This document shows positions 1 through 12,310 of a stretch of 64,000 nt of DNA, piece by piece. The stretch lies in the NCBI RefSeq assembly GCF_009914755.1, contig NC_060932.1; one strand, written 5' to 3'. The translations under genes were made by a program, and so were the position numbers. Below the pieces are notes generated by a model. The model ran no database searches. It saw only the letters and a list, made by a program, of their open reading frames with translations, and was not told where the DNA came from. Origin of the DNA: the human T2T-CHM13v2.0 reference genome, Homo sapiens. Every line of letters starts with the position of its first letter. Position 1 is the stretch's first letter.

Positions 1-2040
1 AGCACATGGGAAAAGAGAGAAAAATCTCCAATTTATTTTATGAGGCTATTAAACTTTATTATCAAAACCAGACAATGGTAGTATGAAAAAGGACAAATTA
101 CAGGACAATCTCACTTACTAATATAGATGCAAACATTCTACGGAAAATAATAGGCAAATTAAACCCAATGAAATATATATAATTACTAAGCTGAGTTTCA
201 TAGTTAGGATGTTTGTTCAATATTAGAAAATCACCACATTAATAGATTAAAGAGGAGGGGCACGGTGGCTCATGCCTGTAATCCCAGCACTTTGGGAGGC
301 TGAGGCAGGTGGATCACCTGAGGTCAGGAGTTAAAGACCAGCCTGGCCGACATGGTGAAACCCTGTCTCTACTAAAAATACAAAATTAGCTGGGCATGGT
401 GGCACATGCCTGTAATTCTAGCTACTTAGGAGGCTGAGGCAGGAGAATCGCTTGAGCCTGGGAGGCGGAGGTTGCAGTGAGCCGAGACCGCGCCATTGCA
501 CCCCGGCTTGGGTGACAAAAGCAAACTCCATCTCAAAAAACAAAAAACAAAAACAACAAAAAAACAAATTAAAGAGAAAAAGTATATATAATCATCTTAA
601 TAGATGCAAAGTAAGAACAATAATTAAGACCTCAAATCCATTCATATTCAAAATAAACTTAGTAAATTAGGAATAAAAATGAACATCTTTGATAAGCATC
701 TACCAAAGAACTGCGGAAAATATTATTTAAATTATGAAATGTCAAAACATTCCCTTTAAAATCAGAAACAAACCAATTATGCTATTACCATTTCTATTAT
801 ACTGTTTACTGCTATCTTAACCAACACAGTAAAAGAAGAAAAATAAAATGTATACGATTTGGAAAGGAAGAACCAAGACTGCCATTATTGCAGATGATAG
901 AATTATCCATGTAGAAAATAAACCGATTATTTGTTTTGAACTAGTAAGAGAGTTTAGCAAGGGTGCTAGATATAGGTCAATATTTATGAGCCAGCATCTT
1001 TATAATCAGCAACAAGCAGTTAGAAAACATGTATATTTAAGAGATACTATTTACATTGGTAAAAAAAAATAACGTTTTGGAAATAAACATAATGAAAGAC
1101 GTGCAGAACCTTTCGAGAGAAGATTATGACAATCTATTGAAATATATTGATAAGACCCAGATAAAAAAGACTTCATTTTTCACAGAGAGAAAAGCTCAAT
1201 ATGATAAAGATATCAACTCAAATTCATATCCAAATTCAATCTCATTCCAATCAAAATCTCAGTAGGGATTTTCTTAGAATTTGATGGATTCTAGAAATAT
1301 AAACAGAAGAGCAAAGAGCGCTGAATAGTTGAGATAGTCCTGAGGAAGAATGAAGTAGAAGGACTTAGCATAAGTGATATAAAAAATTATTCCAAGCTCA
1401 CAATTGATTACAACAGCATATTTTTGGCAAAGGTGTAGAAAATTAGATCTGTGGATCAGAACAGAGAGAATAGAAGCAAAGTCACACTTGTTTGGAACCT
1501 TAAATCTTACAGAGCTGGCATTGTAGATGAACAGTGCTAGGATGACTGGCTATCTATAGAAGAAATATTGTCAGATGCCTACCTCACATTATATTCAAAA
1601 TTTAATTCCAGATAGATTAAGATGAAATTGATAAGCCTTCAGGAGAAAGTATAGCCTAATATCATCTTTATAACTTCTGAAGAGGGAAGGATTTTATTCC
1701 TCAAAAATATAAGTTATAAAAGAATTGCTAAATTTAACCACATTAAGATAAAAAAACTTCTGTTCCTTAAAGTAAATCATCAATAGATAGAGAAGTCACA
1801 TTTTGGGGGGAAATATTTGCAAGAAAACTGCAAAGATTTAATATCTACAGTATGTAAAGAACTCCTAGGAATTCATGAGAAAATGGGCAAAAGTCATGAA
1901 TAGGCATTTCATAGGAAAGGAAATATGAATGGCTAATAAACAAATGAAAAGATATTCAACCTCATTAGTGATTAGGAAGAAAATGTCAATGAAAACTGGC
2001 ATGACATACTATTTCACACCACTAGACTGGGAAATATTAA
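1..2040 (+). mobile_element. Old mammalian L1M (L1MD/ME-age) ORF2 remnant, interrupted by an Alu
   Basis: Degenerate ORF2 motifs in the expected order: ...FYEA...KPD...NIDA at 30-140, a FADD-like 'IIADDRIIHVEN' at ~880, and an MRYHFTP-like stretch at ~2000. Confidence 0.8.
254..567 (+). mobile_element. AluS (Sx-like), full length
   Basis: Two-arm Alu body, A-rich linker and A/C tail. TSD attaaaga(g) at 246-254 and 568-576. Confidence 0.95.
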
Positions 2041-3013
2041 ATGGCTAGTTTGTCAGCAACTGACATCTGGTTACAGTGGGGGCGAAGGGCCAATGCTGGG
2101 AGCTTGGAGACCAGCAAAGACACGCTCAGTCATTTCGCTGCACCCCTTTGGCTTTCAGTTACTCAGCTATTGCTTTAGTATCCTTTAACTGTATTGTATA
2201 GAGAAACATCATATTGCTTTAAAAATGTTTTCGCTTCTTTTCTTTTCCTTCTCCATTTGGTGACTCTGTGTGCTTTATGTAGGCATTCCATTATTTACCT
2301 TCATTTTCAGAGAACCTAGTAACTAAACTTTCCATAATTTACTCTAAGGCACTTTCCATTTATTTCCAAACCAGTGTCTTTTGTTCAGTGGATCACACAC
2401 ATTTTTCCAAATTTTGCTTCACTGAAGTTTAATGCCTTATTTTTTCCATTTCTGGGACTCTCCTTGGTCTTAATGGGAAAAATGAAGCAGCACATTCAAA
2501 GACCCATTTGGCTGCTGTGCAACCCTGTTGATTTATCATCAATAGGTAAACAGAAACTCCTTATATTTTTTTAAAAGTCACGCTTGAGATCTTTCTTTTT
2601 TAAACAACTCTCAGACAAAAATTGCTTCGTATGCTTTTGCAGATTTTATTTGGAGTTCTTTACTTCCATTTTGTCTAATCAGGGTATCTCTAATCCCAGC
2701 AATGCAAATGAGAGGGCCTCCACAGGAGCACAGCATTCCCTCCTCCCATCGGGTATGGCCGGCACCCCTCTCCACTCCACACACCTGCTGTGCCCTAAGC
2801 TAACATCCTCTACCCTGCAACCTTATTTGAGAAACTCTCTGTGTGAAACCAGTGGGTGTAGAAATAGCAGGTGACTCCCTTTCAGCAGTTTTGGTGGCCA
2901 GAGAAGAATTATTGCTTCCTTCACTTTGTGGCTCTGGTAAGTGCCCAAGAGGTGTAGTCAAAAAATCAACACATTAGTAATCCAGCAGGACTGACTCCAA
3001 CTGTTTAACATGG

Positions 3014-3548
3014 CCCAGCTCAAATGTCACATCCTCGGTGATGCCTTCTCTGACCCCTTTCCTCTCCTAGTCACAGTTTAACTGTACCCTTTGTGCTCCC
3101 ACAGCCCTTCGTTCAAGTTACTAGTATAGCATTTGTCACCTATTGTCATTTTAACATTTTAGAAATTGCATTTGAGTATGGTAGAAGGGCAAGAGGGTGG
3201 ATTTTCAAGAAGGTCAAATTTGGGTATCCAACCTACTCTTCTGTGTTCAGGTTTGAGACTTTGAGTGAGTAAATACCCTCTCTGAACCTCAGTTTTCTTA
3301 TCTGTATGAGAGATTATAAGATTACACAGAGGAGAGCAGATCATACATAAAGCACAAGCCTTGCCTTTAGCAGATATTTAACAAATGTCAGTTTCATTTC
3401 TTTTCTTTTCCTGCTTAGATGTAAACCTGTTTGTCTCTTTCCACTAGATCATGAAACCCTGCAGGGAGATGCCTTGACATGAATCTTTCTAGCTCCCAGC
3501 TCTAGCACAGTACGCAATACAGCTGTTCAATACAAGGGTGTTGGATGC
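3014..3548 (+). mobile_element. L2 3' end, split by a MIR
   Basis: cagctcaaatgtcacatcctc...gccttctctgacc at 3016-3055, then ccactagat...cccagctctagcacagt at 3441-3511. Confidence 0.7.
3175..3390 (+). mobile_element. MIR
   Basis: MIR core cctctctgaacctcagttttcttatctgta. Confidence 0.75.
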
Positions 3549-4325
3549 TGGATCAAAGGAATGCCATGTCAGGCCCTGGAAAACTTGGCACAACTTACTG
3601 ACCAGGCTCCTATGACAATGCATATGGGCCTCTGTTTGGTTTGCTCCAATCTTTCATCTAAGCCTTTGGCTTGAGGGTGATGAAGGGAGACAGGGCAACT
3701 TAATTTTAAGTCCACATAGTCTTCAAACTCAAGGTAGGTCAATGCAGACTCCTTGCTAGAGTTACTACTCTTTGGAAAGTTGTGAGTTATAAATTAGAGG
3801 ACCAGATTTGCTTGTTGAAAAAATACTGAGCTAGAACTTGGAGGCATGGTAGCTGTGGGCAAGGCTTTGCCTACAATTGAGGTGCTTCCTAGGGAATGTT
3901 CCCACAATACCAATATGGATTCAGATCAAGGCTTGTTGGCTTTCTTCCATGGAAAAGCACACGCATTTGGCTAAAGAAAAAAAAAGTAACTTGGCAGGAA
4001 TTGTACTGCTTTAAAGTCTTCTCAATATCCAAATTAATTCTCTGTCATCACACATAGCTTCAAGCTACTATTTCATATGAAAAATCCTCTGGTGTAATTA
4101 TTACAGATGGTGTGACAATGACAGAAGTTGATGGAAATCTCCTAGTAAGAGGTAAATTATATAGAGACATGATGATGATGGCTTGTGAGTAGTGTGCACT
4201 TTTTGGAGATCTTTTCCTCTTGGCTGTCTCCCCTACAATGCTTTCCAGACCAGTTCCTGGTTTGAGCCTATGTAAAAATCTGGCATTTCATATCTTTTCA
4301 GTTAAGTCAGCACCCACCATGAGTT

Positions 4326-4412
4326 AGGCACCATTTCTCCAGTCTAAGTACTGGGGATACAGTAGGAAGCAAGACAGACCAAGTCTCTGCCCTCAGGGAG
4401 CTTCCATTTTAA
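4326..4412 (-). mobile_element. L2 fragment
   Basis: tactggggatacag...aagacagac...ctgccctcagggagctt matches the reverse-complemented L2 3' end. Confidence 0.7.
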
Positions 4413-5248
4413 TGTGCCAATAAATTCCTGTTATTTACTGCCATTTTTGGTGTTTTGGCTTTCATTTCCCTATATTCAGTTTGTCTATCTGTGAATTCCT
4501 TTAAGGCCATTGGGAGCACTCCATTTTGCTATTTAAGGCTTTTGACTTCTCATTTCCACTTGAAAGTTTATTTATTTTTAAGGCTATGATATGGTCATAA
4601 GCTTTTAGAGCTAGATGATATTTGAGTTCATGTAACCCAACAATGAGCCTTGGAAATGTATAGGTTTGTCCAGTCACATGGCACCATTCCGGTGGGTGGG
4701 GCCCAGCTGACTCCCAGTTTGTTGCTCTCATGTTTCCGTTACACTGCCTCCCTGATTTCCTATCTCATGCTTATTCTGGTGCATATTTCCTTTATTCAGC
4801 AAACATTTATGGATTCCAACTTCATGCCAAGCCCTGCACTAGACAGGAGACACAGACATAGATCCTTTCCTTAAAGAGAGAATGGGCTTCCTTCTCTCTG
4901 TGAATTCATCTCACTTTATTTTAAATTTCCTCATATTCTGACAAAATTTGCTGACTCTTTGTATGCCCCTCCCAAATCTCTCAATTTTTTACAGGTATTT
5001 TTATTTTATTTTATTTTTTTAAAATTATACTTTTGTTCTTATTGATACATAAATATACCCTCTATTCACTTCTCTGTTTGATATGGCATTTTACATGGTA
5101 AACAGGTTTATATAAATAAGCACTTTTCGATTAGGTTTTCTTACAGAATGATCCTAAATTTTTAATTTCAGACAGTTACTTTTCATGTTTCCTAGCTAAT
5201 ACAGATGAAATTCCTTCTTACACCACTAAGTGACCTGTGGGAGTGTAG

Positions 5249-5430
5249 CAGTGGTTTGAGACCTAGCTACATGTTGGATTTGCCTGGAGGGAGGGGCTTT
5301 TAGAAAATACTGATGCTGGCATCTCACCCTAAACAACTTCATTCAGAATATCTGAAGCAGGGAACTAGACATTGGTATGGTTGAAGACGCTCCCGTGTGA
5401 GTCTAACCTTCAGCCAAGATGAAAAGTGTT
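5249..5430. mobile_element. MER5A-like hAT-Charlie DNA transposon
   Basis: cagtggtt...aaaatactgatgc...tcagaatatctg...ctccc-gtga-tctaa...cagccaag motif series. Confidence 0.7.
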
Positions 5431-7134
5431 CTATAGGACAAATACCGTTTCCTTCCATAATTTTTCTCTCATATATCTTTTAGGATAATTTTATTTATAC
5501 TAGCTCTTTTTGCACAATTCAAAGTTATATATTGGTTACCAGAAGTGACATAGTTTTCAAACTTTCATCAAATATCTTAAACCCCATGTATCTGTATTAC
5601 TACATTGATTTGTATAAAGAGCTCCCAAATCAGTATTAATTTTTGATATTTTTTTCTCACTCTAAAATAGGAGCTTTTCTTTTTGCTCAGTGCTCCTTTT
5701 AGGGTTCCATGTGCTTCTATTTAAACCCCATGTTCCAGCTTGAAGATGTGTTTTCTCCGTACTTGTGGTATTCATGCTTTATTTCATCTCCCTGCCCCCC
5801 ACTCTGTGGGGGCCCCCTTCTTTTTTGTCTTTTGCTGTCTCAGGTTGTGTTACTGCATCTTTCTGTAGACTTGGAGTCTGAGTTTCCTACAGAGAGTTAT
5901 TGTTTTTATTATTTTCATTTTTTTCCTTTCATTGATTTTCCTGAATCTTTTCTGCTGCCTTAACCTCTTGTCCTAAAATTGATTCTTTGGAAGCCAAAAT
6001 TTTGATCTCCAGGGTTTTGATATTGAAGTAGCTTTCTAATTTTCTCCACTGTTTTCTTGATGCATTTCATGTTTACTCCTAACAATTTTATATTTTCTTC
6101 TCCATATAAAAACCTGAAATATGTATTTGTCTATTCCTACCCTTTGTCTCGTCTGCAACACTTTGTGGTGCTATTTTTTTTGTCTGACTTACTACGTAAC
6201 CCCTCTTTTCTGTGTTAACATTTGTATGACTTCTCCAGCTATGCATATAATACACGACCCCGTTTATGCTCACATTCGAAATTCCTGGCAAATATTTAAC
6301 CCTCCCTTTTTGTCATCATAGATCTCACGCACAATCATATTTTCCTCATACAAATCTCCAGCTTGTTACTTCCAGTGGAAGTCCAGTGGGACTGTTAATA
6401 CAAAATCCTATCTTTTTAATTATGTCACATAATTGCTTTTATTCACTGCTTCATTTATTCTTTAAGTAAGTGATCGGGGCGGGGGGGCCGGGTCCAAAAC
6501 CACTCAGGTACATCTCTGCATAGTTCTTTTCTGAGTGCAACTCCTTTCTTTCCTCAGTACAATTTTTCTAAACACATCCTATTTCTTGTTGCTCTGGGAG
6601 TCACTGTCAAGTCCTAACTGGAGGTAATTTGGATTTTTGCAAATAGATGCTTGGACACATCCTGTAGTCACAGAACACCAGTACTGAGGTAGGTGCTACC
6701 TTTCCTCTGGTCTATGCCATTTTGTCCTTTATTTGGGCTTTCTTGGATTTTCCTCCATGAGCTTTTGGTCTCACAGGGTATCTTTCTCCTGCTCGTAGTG
6801 TATGTTGCTCTATCGATGATTGCTTCTTATGTGAAATTGGTGGGCTGGCTGCCACTGACTCCCAGCTGCACAAACTAATTCATCCCTGGAGTTTGGCTTC
6901 CCTGTGCACTTACACATTGTTTTTCCTGCTCACCCCACTCAGAGCTGCCAATATACCAGTTGCCTTGGATTCCTTCTGCTTTTCCTCACTAGCATATGGT
7001 ATGGTCTGACCTAGTGAAGCTGAGTTTCAATTTCACTGAGAAAAGAGGCATTCTGATGTAAGCTGAACATGAAAGTAACAGAATAGAGACCCCCCTCTCT
7101 CATATGTGCAACAGTTTTTTCTTGAGAATTCGAT

Positions 7135-7735
7135 CTATGCCAGGGACTTGGCTAGTATGCACTGAAGTTACCAATATGAGTAAGATTTTAGTTCTCACCT
7201 TAAGGAACTTTCTAACTAATGGGAGAAACAGCAAAGTTTATCCATAATAAACGTATATCAGCAAATATACTTTTGTTATTAGAAAAGGTAGAATAAGCTA
7301 GTGCTGAAGAGAACAGGCTTTGAAGCCAGATAGACCTGGACTTCAATTTGGACTTCACCACTCATAAGCAAGTTGGCCTGGGGCAAGTTCCTTAATATTT
7401 CTACACTTCCCTCTCTTGTCTGTAAAATGGTTCTAAGTGATAGTTCTTAAAACATACGATTGTCATTAAGATTAAGTGAATGAATAGAGGTTACATGCTT
7501 ACTCAGTAAATGCTCAGCAAATACTGGTTTTAAAGATGAAAGTGCTATGTACAAGCTACAACGAGAATACAATGGAAGAGTCAAGGAAGATTTCTGGGAA
7601 GAGGTGACACTTAAGTTGAGTTTTGAAGGACAGGTAGGCAATAGATAAATGAAGAAAATAAATTTTAGGCAGAGGGAACAGCACATGCAAAGATATGAAG
7701 GTGTGAAATAATATAATAAGTGCATTAACTCCAAA
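7135..7735 (-). mobile_element. L2 remnant, split by a MIR
   Basis: ctcaccttaaggaactttcta at ~7195, then gaagatttctgggaagaggtgacacttaagttgag...aggcagagggaacagcacatgcaaag at 7586-7693. Confidence 0.75.
7300..7525 (+). mobile_element. MIR
   Basis: aagagaacaggctttgaagccagatagacctgg...gggcaagttccttaa...tctgtaaaatgg. Confidence 0.85.
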
Positions 7736-7976
7736 AAATGTATTCTATATGGGCATACCAGAAAAATTCATAACAGGAAGAATGGTGTCTGAGGGAGAGA
7801 CAAGATCAGAACTCATTTAAACAGAAGGAATTCTGTAACAAAAAACATGTCACTCAGCTACAGAGTGCCAAGATGAGAGAGATGCAACCTCAAACTTTCA
7901 AAGATGTCTGAGAAGATCTCCCCTTTGAAATATCAAGCAGAAAGAACTGCAGAAAGAGAAAAAAAGATGTGGCAGA

Positions 7977-9442
7977 CTTTAATGGTTTTTTTTCTCGTAA
8001 ATTCGTTTAAGTGCCTTATAGATAGATGCTAGATATGAGATCTTCATCAGATGCATAGTTTGCAAAAATTTTCCCATTGTATAGGTTGTCTGTTTACTCT
8101 GTTGATAGTTTCTCTTGCTGTGCAGAGATCTTTAGCTTAATTAGATCCCATTTGTCAATTTTCGCTTTTGCTGCAAATGCTTTTGGCATCTTCATCATGA
8201 AATCTTTGCCTGTGCCTATGTCCTGAATGGCATTGCCTAGGCCGTCTTCCAGGGTTTTTTATAGTTTTGGGTATTTTAAGTCTTTAATCCATCTTGAGTT
8301 AATTTTTGTATACAGTGTAAGAAAGTGGTCCAGTTTCCATCTTCTGCATACGGTTAGAGAATCCTTTCCTTATTGCTTGTTTTTGTCAGGTTTGTCGAAG
8401 GTCAGATAGTTGTAGGTGTGCTGTCTTATTTCTGGGTTCTTTGTCGTTTCATTGGTCTGTGCCTATTCTTGTACCAGTATCAAGCTGTTTTGGTCACCAC
8501 AGCCCTGTAGTCTAGTTTGAAGTCCAGTAGTGTGGTGCCTACAGTTTTATTCATTTTGCTTAGGATTGCCTTGTCTATTTGGGCTCTTTTTTGGTCCCAT
8601 GTGAATTTTAAAATGGTTTTCTCTAGTTCTGTAAAGAACGTCAATGGCATATTAACAGAAATAGCATTGAATTTATAAATTGCTTTGGGCAGTATGGCCG
8701 TTTCAACAATATTGATTCTTTCTATCCATGAGCGTGGAATGTTTTTCCATTTGTTTGTATCATCTCTGATTTCTTTGAGCAGTGGTTTGTAGTTCTCCTT
8801 GTAGAGATCTTTCACTTCCTTTTTTAGTTGTATTCCTAGGTATTTTATTCTTTTTGTGGCAATTGTGAATGAGAGTTTGTTCATGATTTGGCTCTTGGCT
8901 TGACTGTTGGTGGTGTATAGGAATGCTGGCAATTTTTGCACATTGATTTTGTATCCTGACACTTTGCTGAAGTTGCTTATCAGCTTAAGAAGCTTTTGGG
9001 CTGAGATGATGGGGTTTTCTAGATATAGGATCATGTCATCTGCAAACAGGGATAGTTTGACTTCCTCTCTTCCTATACTATGCAGCAAATAATAAAAAAA
9101 ATGAGATCATATCCTTTGCAGGGACATGGATGGAGCTAGAGGCCATTATCCTTAGCAAACTAACACAGGAACAGAAAGCCAGATACTGGATGTTCTCACT
9201 TATAAGTGAGAGCTAAATGATGAGAACACATGGCTACATAGAGGGGAAGAACACACACTGGGGCCTGTCACAGGGTGGAGGGTGGGGAGGAGGGAGAGGA
9301 TCAGGAAAAATAACTAATGGATACTAGGCTTAATACCTGGATGGTGAAATAATCAGTACAACAAACCCCCATGACTCACGTTTACTTAGGTAACAAAGCT
9401 GCACATACTTCACATGTACCCTTGAACTTAAAAGTAAAAAAG
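7977..9442 (+). mobile_element. 5'-truncated, 5'-inverted L1 (L1PA12-16 age): inverted ORF2 piece 7977-9075, forward 3' end 9076-9442
   Basis: Minus-strand ORF with FADD (8480-9088). The forward 3'UTR carries ggatcaggaaaaataactaatgg. TSD aaaagatgtggcaga (7962-7976) and aaaagaggtggcaga (9443-9457). Confidence 0.9.
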
Positions 9443-10849
9443 AAAAGAGGTGGCAGAAATGATGGCATCCTGACACTCAATTAGAAACACATCCAGAAGC
9501 CCGCAAACTTGCAACCTGTACCCTCCTGCAGACCCAAGACAGCTCAGATCCATATCCACCACATTAAACTTTTAACTAGTCTCTCTCCCTGCTTTTTGTT
9601 ATCAGACACATAAGCGTGTAGCCTAAGATCTTAATGAAAGAGCAAAGCAACTTGGTGCTATGACACCTGAGTCTAACAGCTGTGTGTGAATGACCTGCAA
9701 AAAGAAAAGCAATACTCCTTGTCTAAGCAATGCAGACATGGCTGGGCTGTGTCCTGTAGACACTCAGGGTTGAATTTGTGCAGTCATTGCCAGAAAAGCA
9801 CACCACACCCACATGTCAAAACAAACATGATATCCAGGGGAGGAAAATCAAGGTTTCAGTTGTTTCTTTTCTTCCCTCTCCAAATCCCAAGAATCCAGTG
9901 AGTTTTAATAACACTTCTAAAATGTCAGGAGAAAAAAATCATACTTTTAGAAAGGTTGAAACAACCAAGGGGGTCTTTTGTGGGCTCTAGTTTCACTCTG
10001 AACCCCCTGGGGATGGTAGGGGTGCAGGTGTGCCTTTAAGAAAATGCTGTGAAAAAAATCAGGCATAGAATAGAGACTTTAGGAGGTGATTATTCATATT
10101 ATAATATGCATTTTAAATGTATCTGAATCACAATCACGGATTTGCTTTAAAAAAGCAGTTTCTTTCCTGTGAATCAGTGCCTATTTTCAGATTGTTAATT
10201 TGGTAGAGTTGGGGAAGAGAGTGTCGAGAAATTTAGTGTTCAAGGATTAAGTATTTTTATTTATGGAAGATATGTCAAAAACAAAGACTAAGCATTTGTG
10301 AAACATTTGTGAAACACTGAGAAGGGAAATGGTATTGATTAAGTATTTATTATGTGTAAGGCACTTTATATATGCTATGGAGAAAAAAATTATTAAAGCA
10401 TAATTCCAACTTCCCTTCCTTCCTTCTTGTTCTCTGCCTCTTAGTCAATGCAACTTCTTTCTTCATCTCCCTTGTAAGAAGAGACTTGAATTTGTGGCCA
10501 GGTTCTTATAATTTATAAACCCAGAATGAGGAAAGAAGGTAGAGAGAGTGGATACTGGACAATTCAGGAAGAAAGTGGGGAGGAAACAAGAAAACAAAAG
10601 CTAGTACAGACAATATTGAGGAGAGCTTGGCAAAAGTGTCACCTAGTGAGGGACTTGGAAGGGGACTGTAGAGAAGCTATGGATTATGGAAAGCAGAAAT
10701 TTGAAAAGTCATGTTTTTAAGTTATAAATGAAGTTTCCTTTATGTTTTCCAAAAGGTACAAAGAAAAATTAAATTGCTTTTGAATCTTGGACTGTGCTAC
10801 TTTGACTGTGAAAATACATTGACACTTGTGCAGGAGGAGGTTCTGAGAT

Positions 10850-11005
10850 TTATGTCATCTCATTTAATCCTTCAATAACCACCTGAAGTAGGCATTTTAT
10901 TTTTATATACAGATGAAAAGACTGAGTTACAAAGATGTTCAGAGACATGCCTAAATCACACAGCTACAATATGGCACAGCCTGAATTTTAAAATAGGCCT
11001 GTTGA
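10850..11005 (-). mobile_element. MIR
   Basis: tctcatttaatccttcaataacc...acagatgaaaagactgag...tcacacagcta. Confidence 0.8.
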
Positions 11006-11771
11006 CTTTAAATAAACTTAGAAATAGCATAGGATTGAATTGTTTTCTTAACCAAATCTGAGTCTTTGAATTTCAATAAGAAATTTTAAACCAGTTATAC
11101 TTATTGTTAAAACTGTTGTGTTTGTTTTTCTACAATCTTTTGATATTGTCTTTCTGTACTCATGTCAACTACCCTTTCTTATTTTCTGCAATTTCTTCTT
11201 TTGCATATGGAATAGGGCTTTAAAAATGTTTTTCTCTTCTCCAATCATTTAGAAAATTTTAATCCTATTTCAATTCAGCTGATAGTTAGCCTTAAGATAT
11301 TCAAAAGTATTTCTTCTGAGTGTTATTTTTTCTGTTAAACAAAGTCAATAATGTATGTGTTTTGATTCTTTTCTATGTAAAATGTGACATGTTTTCTCTC
11401 CTATCCTTCTCCCACATATTCCCTTCCTCCCTCTTAAATTTGTATAATTTTATAAATACAGTATATGTGTTTTATTTATATTCTCTTTTAATAATTATTT
11501 TGATATTTGCATTCAGTTTTTATTAACTATAATTCTCATTTCAGCTACATAAATATAGAACAGTTTCTTCCATATTCTGGCAATGGCTTACTTGACAACC
11601 AAATAATTGTCCTATCTTTCAGTGCTATATCTTTAGGTATTTAATGTGTTTTAATGAGGATTTTAGTGGAAGGGCAAGTAGGAGAGGAGGGAAATGTTAA
11701 GAGCTCTAAATACACATCTTTAATGAGGGCAAGATAACAGAAAAATTAATAAATAGAAATATAACCTTATT

Positions 11772-12056
<285 letters not shown>

Positions 12057-12189
12057 TTATTATAGAATAAATAGCGAAAATATTTAAAATTAGTTGCTTG
12101 GAGAATGGTAAAAGTAAGGGAAAACTACTGTTTTTTTATTACATGCCTTTTAATATAATTAGATGTTTTAAATGACGACTTAATTTTGG

Positions 12190-12254
12190 AAGTAGTTCTG
12201 TGCATATTATACATATGTATATAAGCATATATATATATATGCACAGAACTACTT
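12190..12254. repeat. Perfect 18-bp inverted repeat around a 29-bp TA-rich spacer
   Basis: aagtagttctgtgcatat (12190-12207) is the exact reverse complement of atatgcacagaactactt (12237-12254). Confidence 0.95.
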
Positions 12255-12310
12255 AAAAATTATATATACATTTATAAATTTAAAAATCCTGGTTTAAAAA
12301 ATAAGTGTGG

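Noticed and set aside
2886-2936. Possible 51-nt exon with a strong CTG|gtaagt donor
   Set aside because: The pyrimidine tract is short and the peptide unrecognised. Such motif pairs occur by chance in 64 kb.
6474-6495. Short CpG/G-rich stretch (cggggcgggggggccggg) as a promoter or G-quadruplex
   Set aside because: It is about 20 bp, isolated in AT-rich decayed repeat DNA, and far too small for a CpG island.
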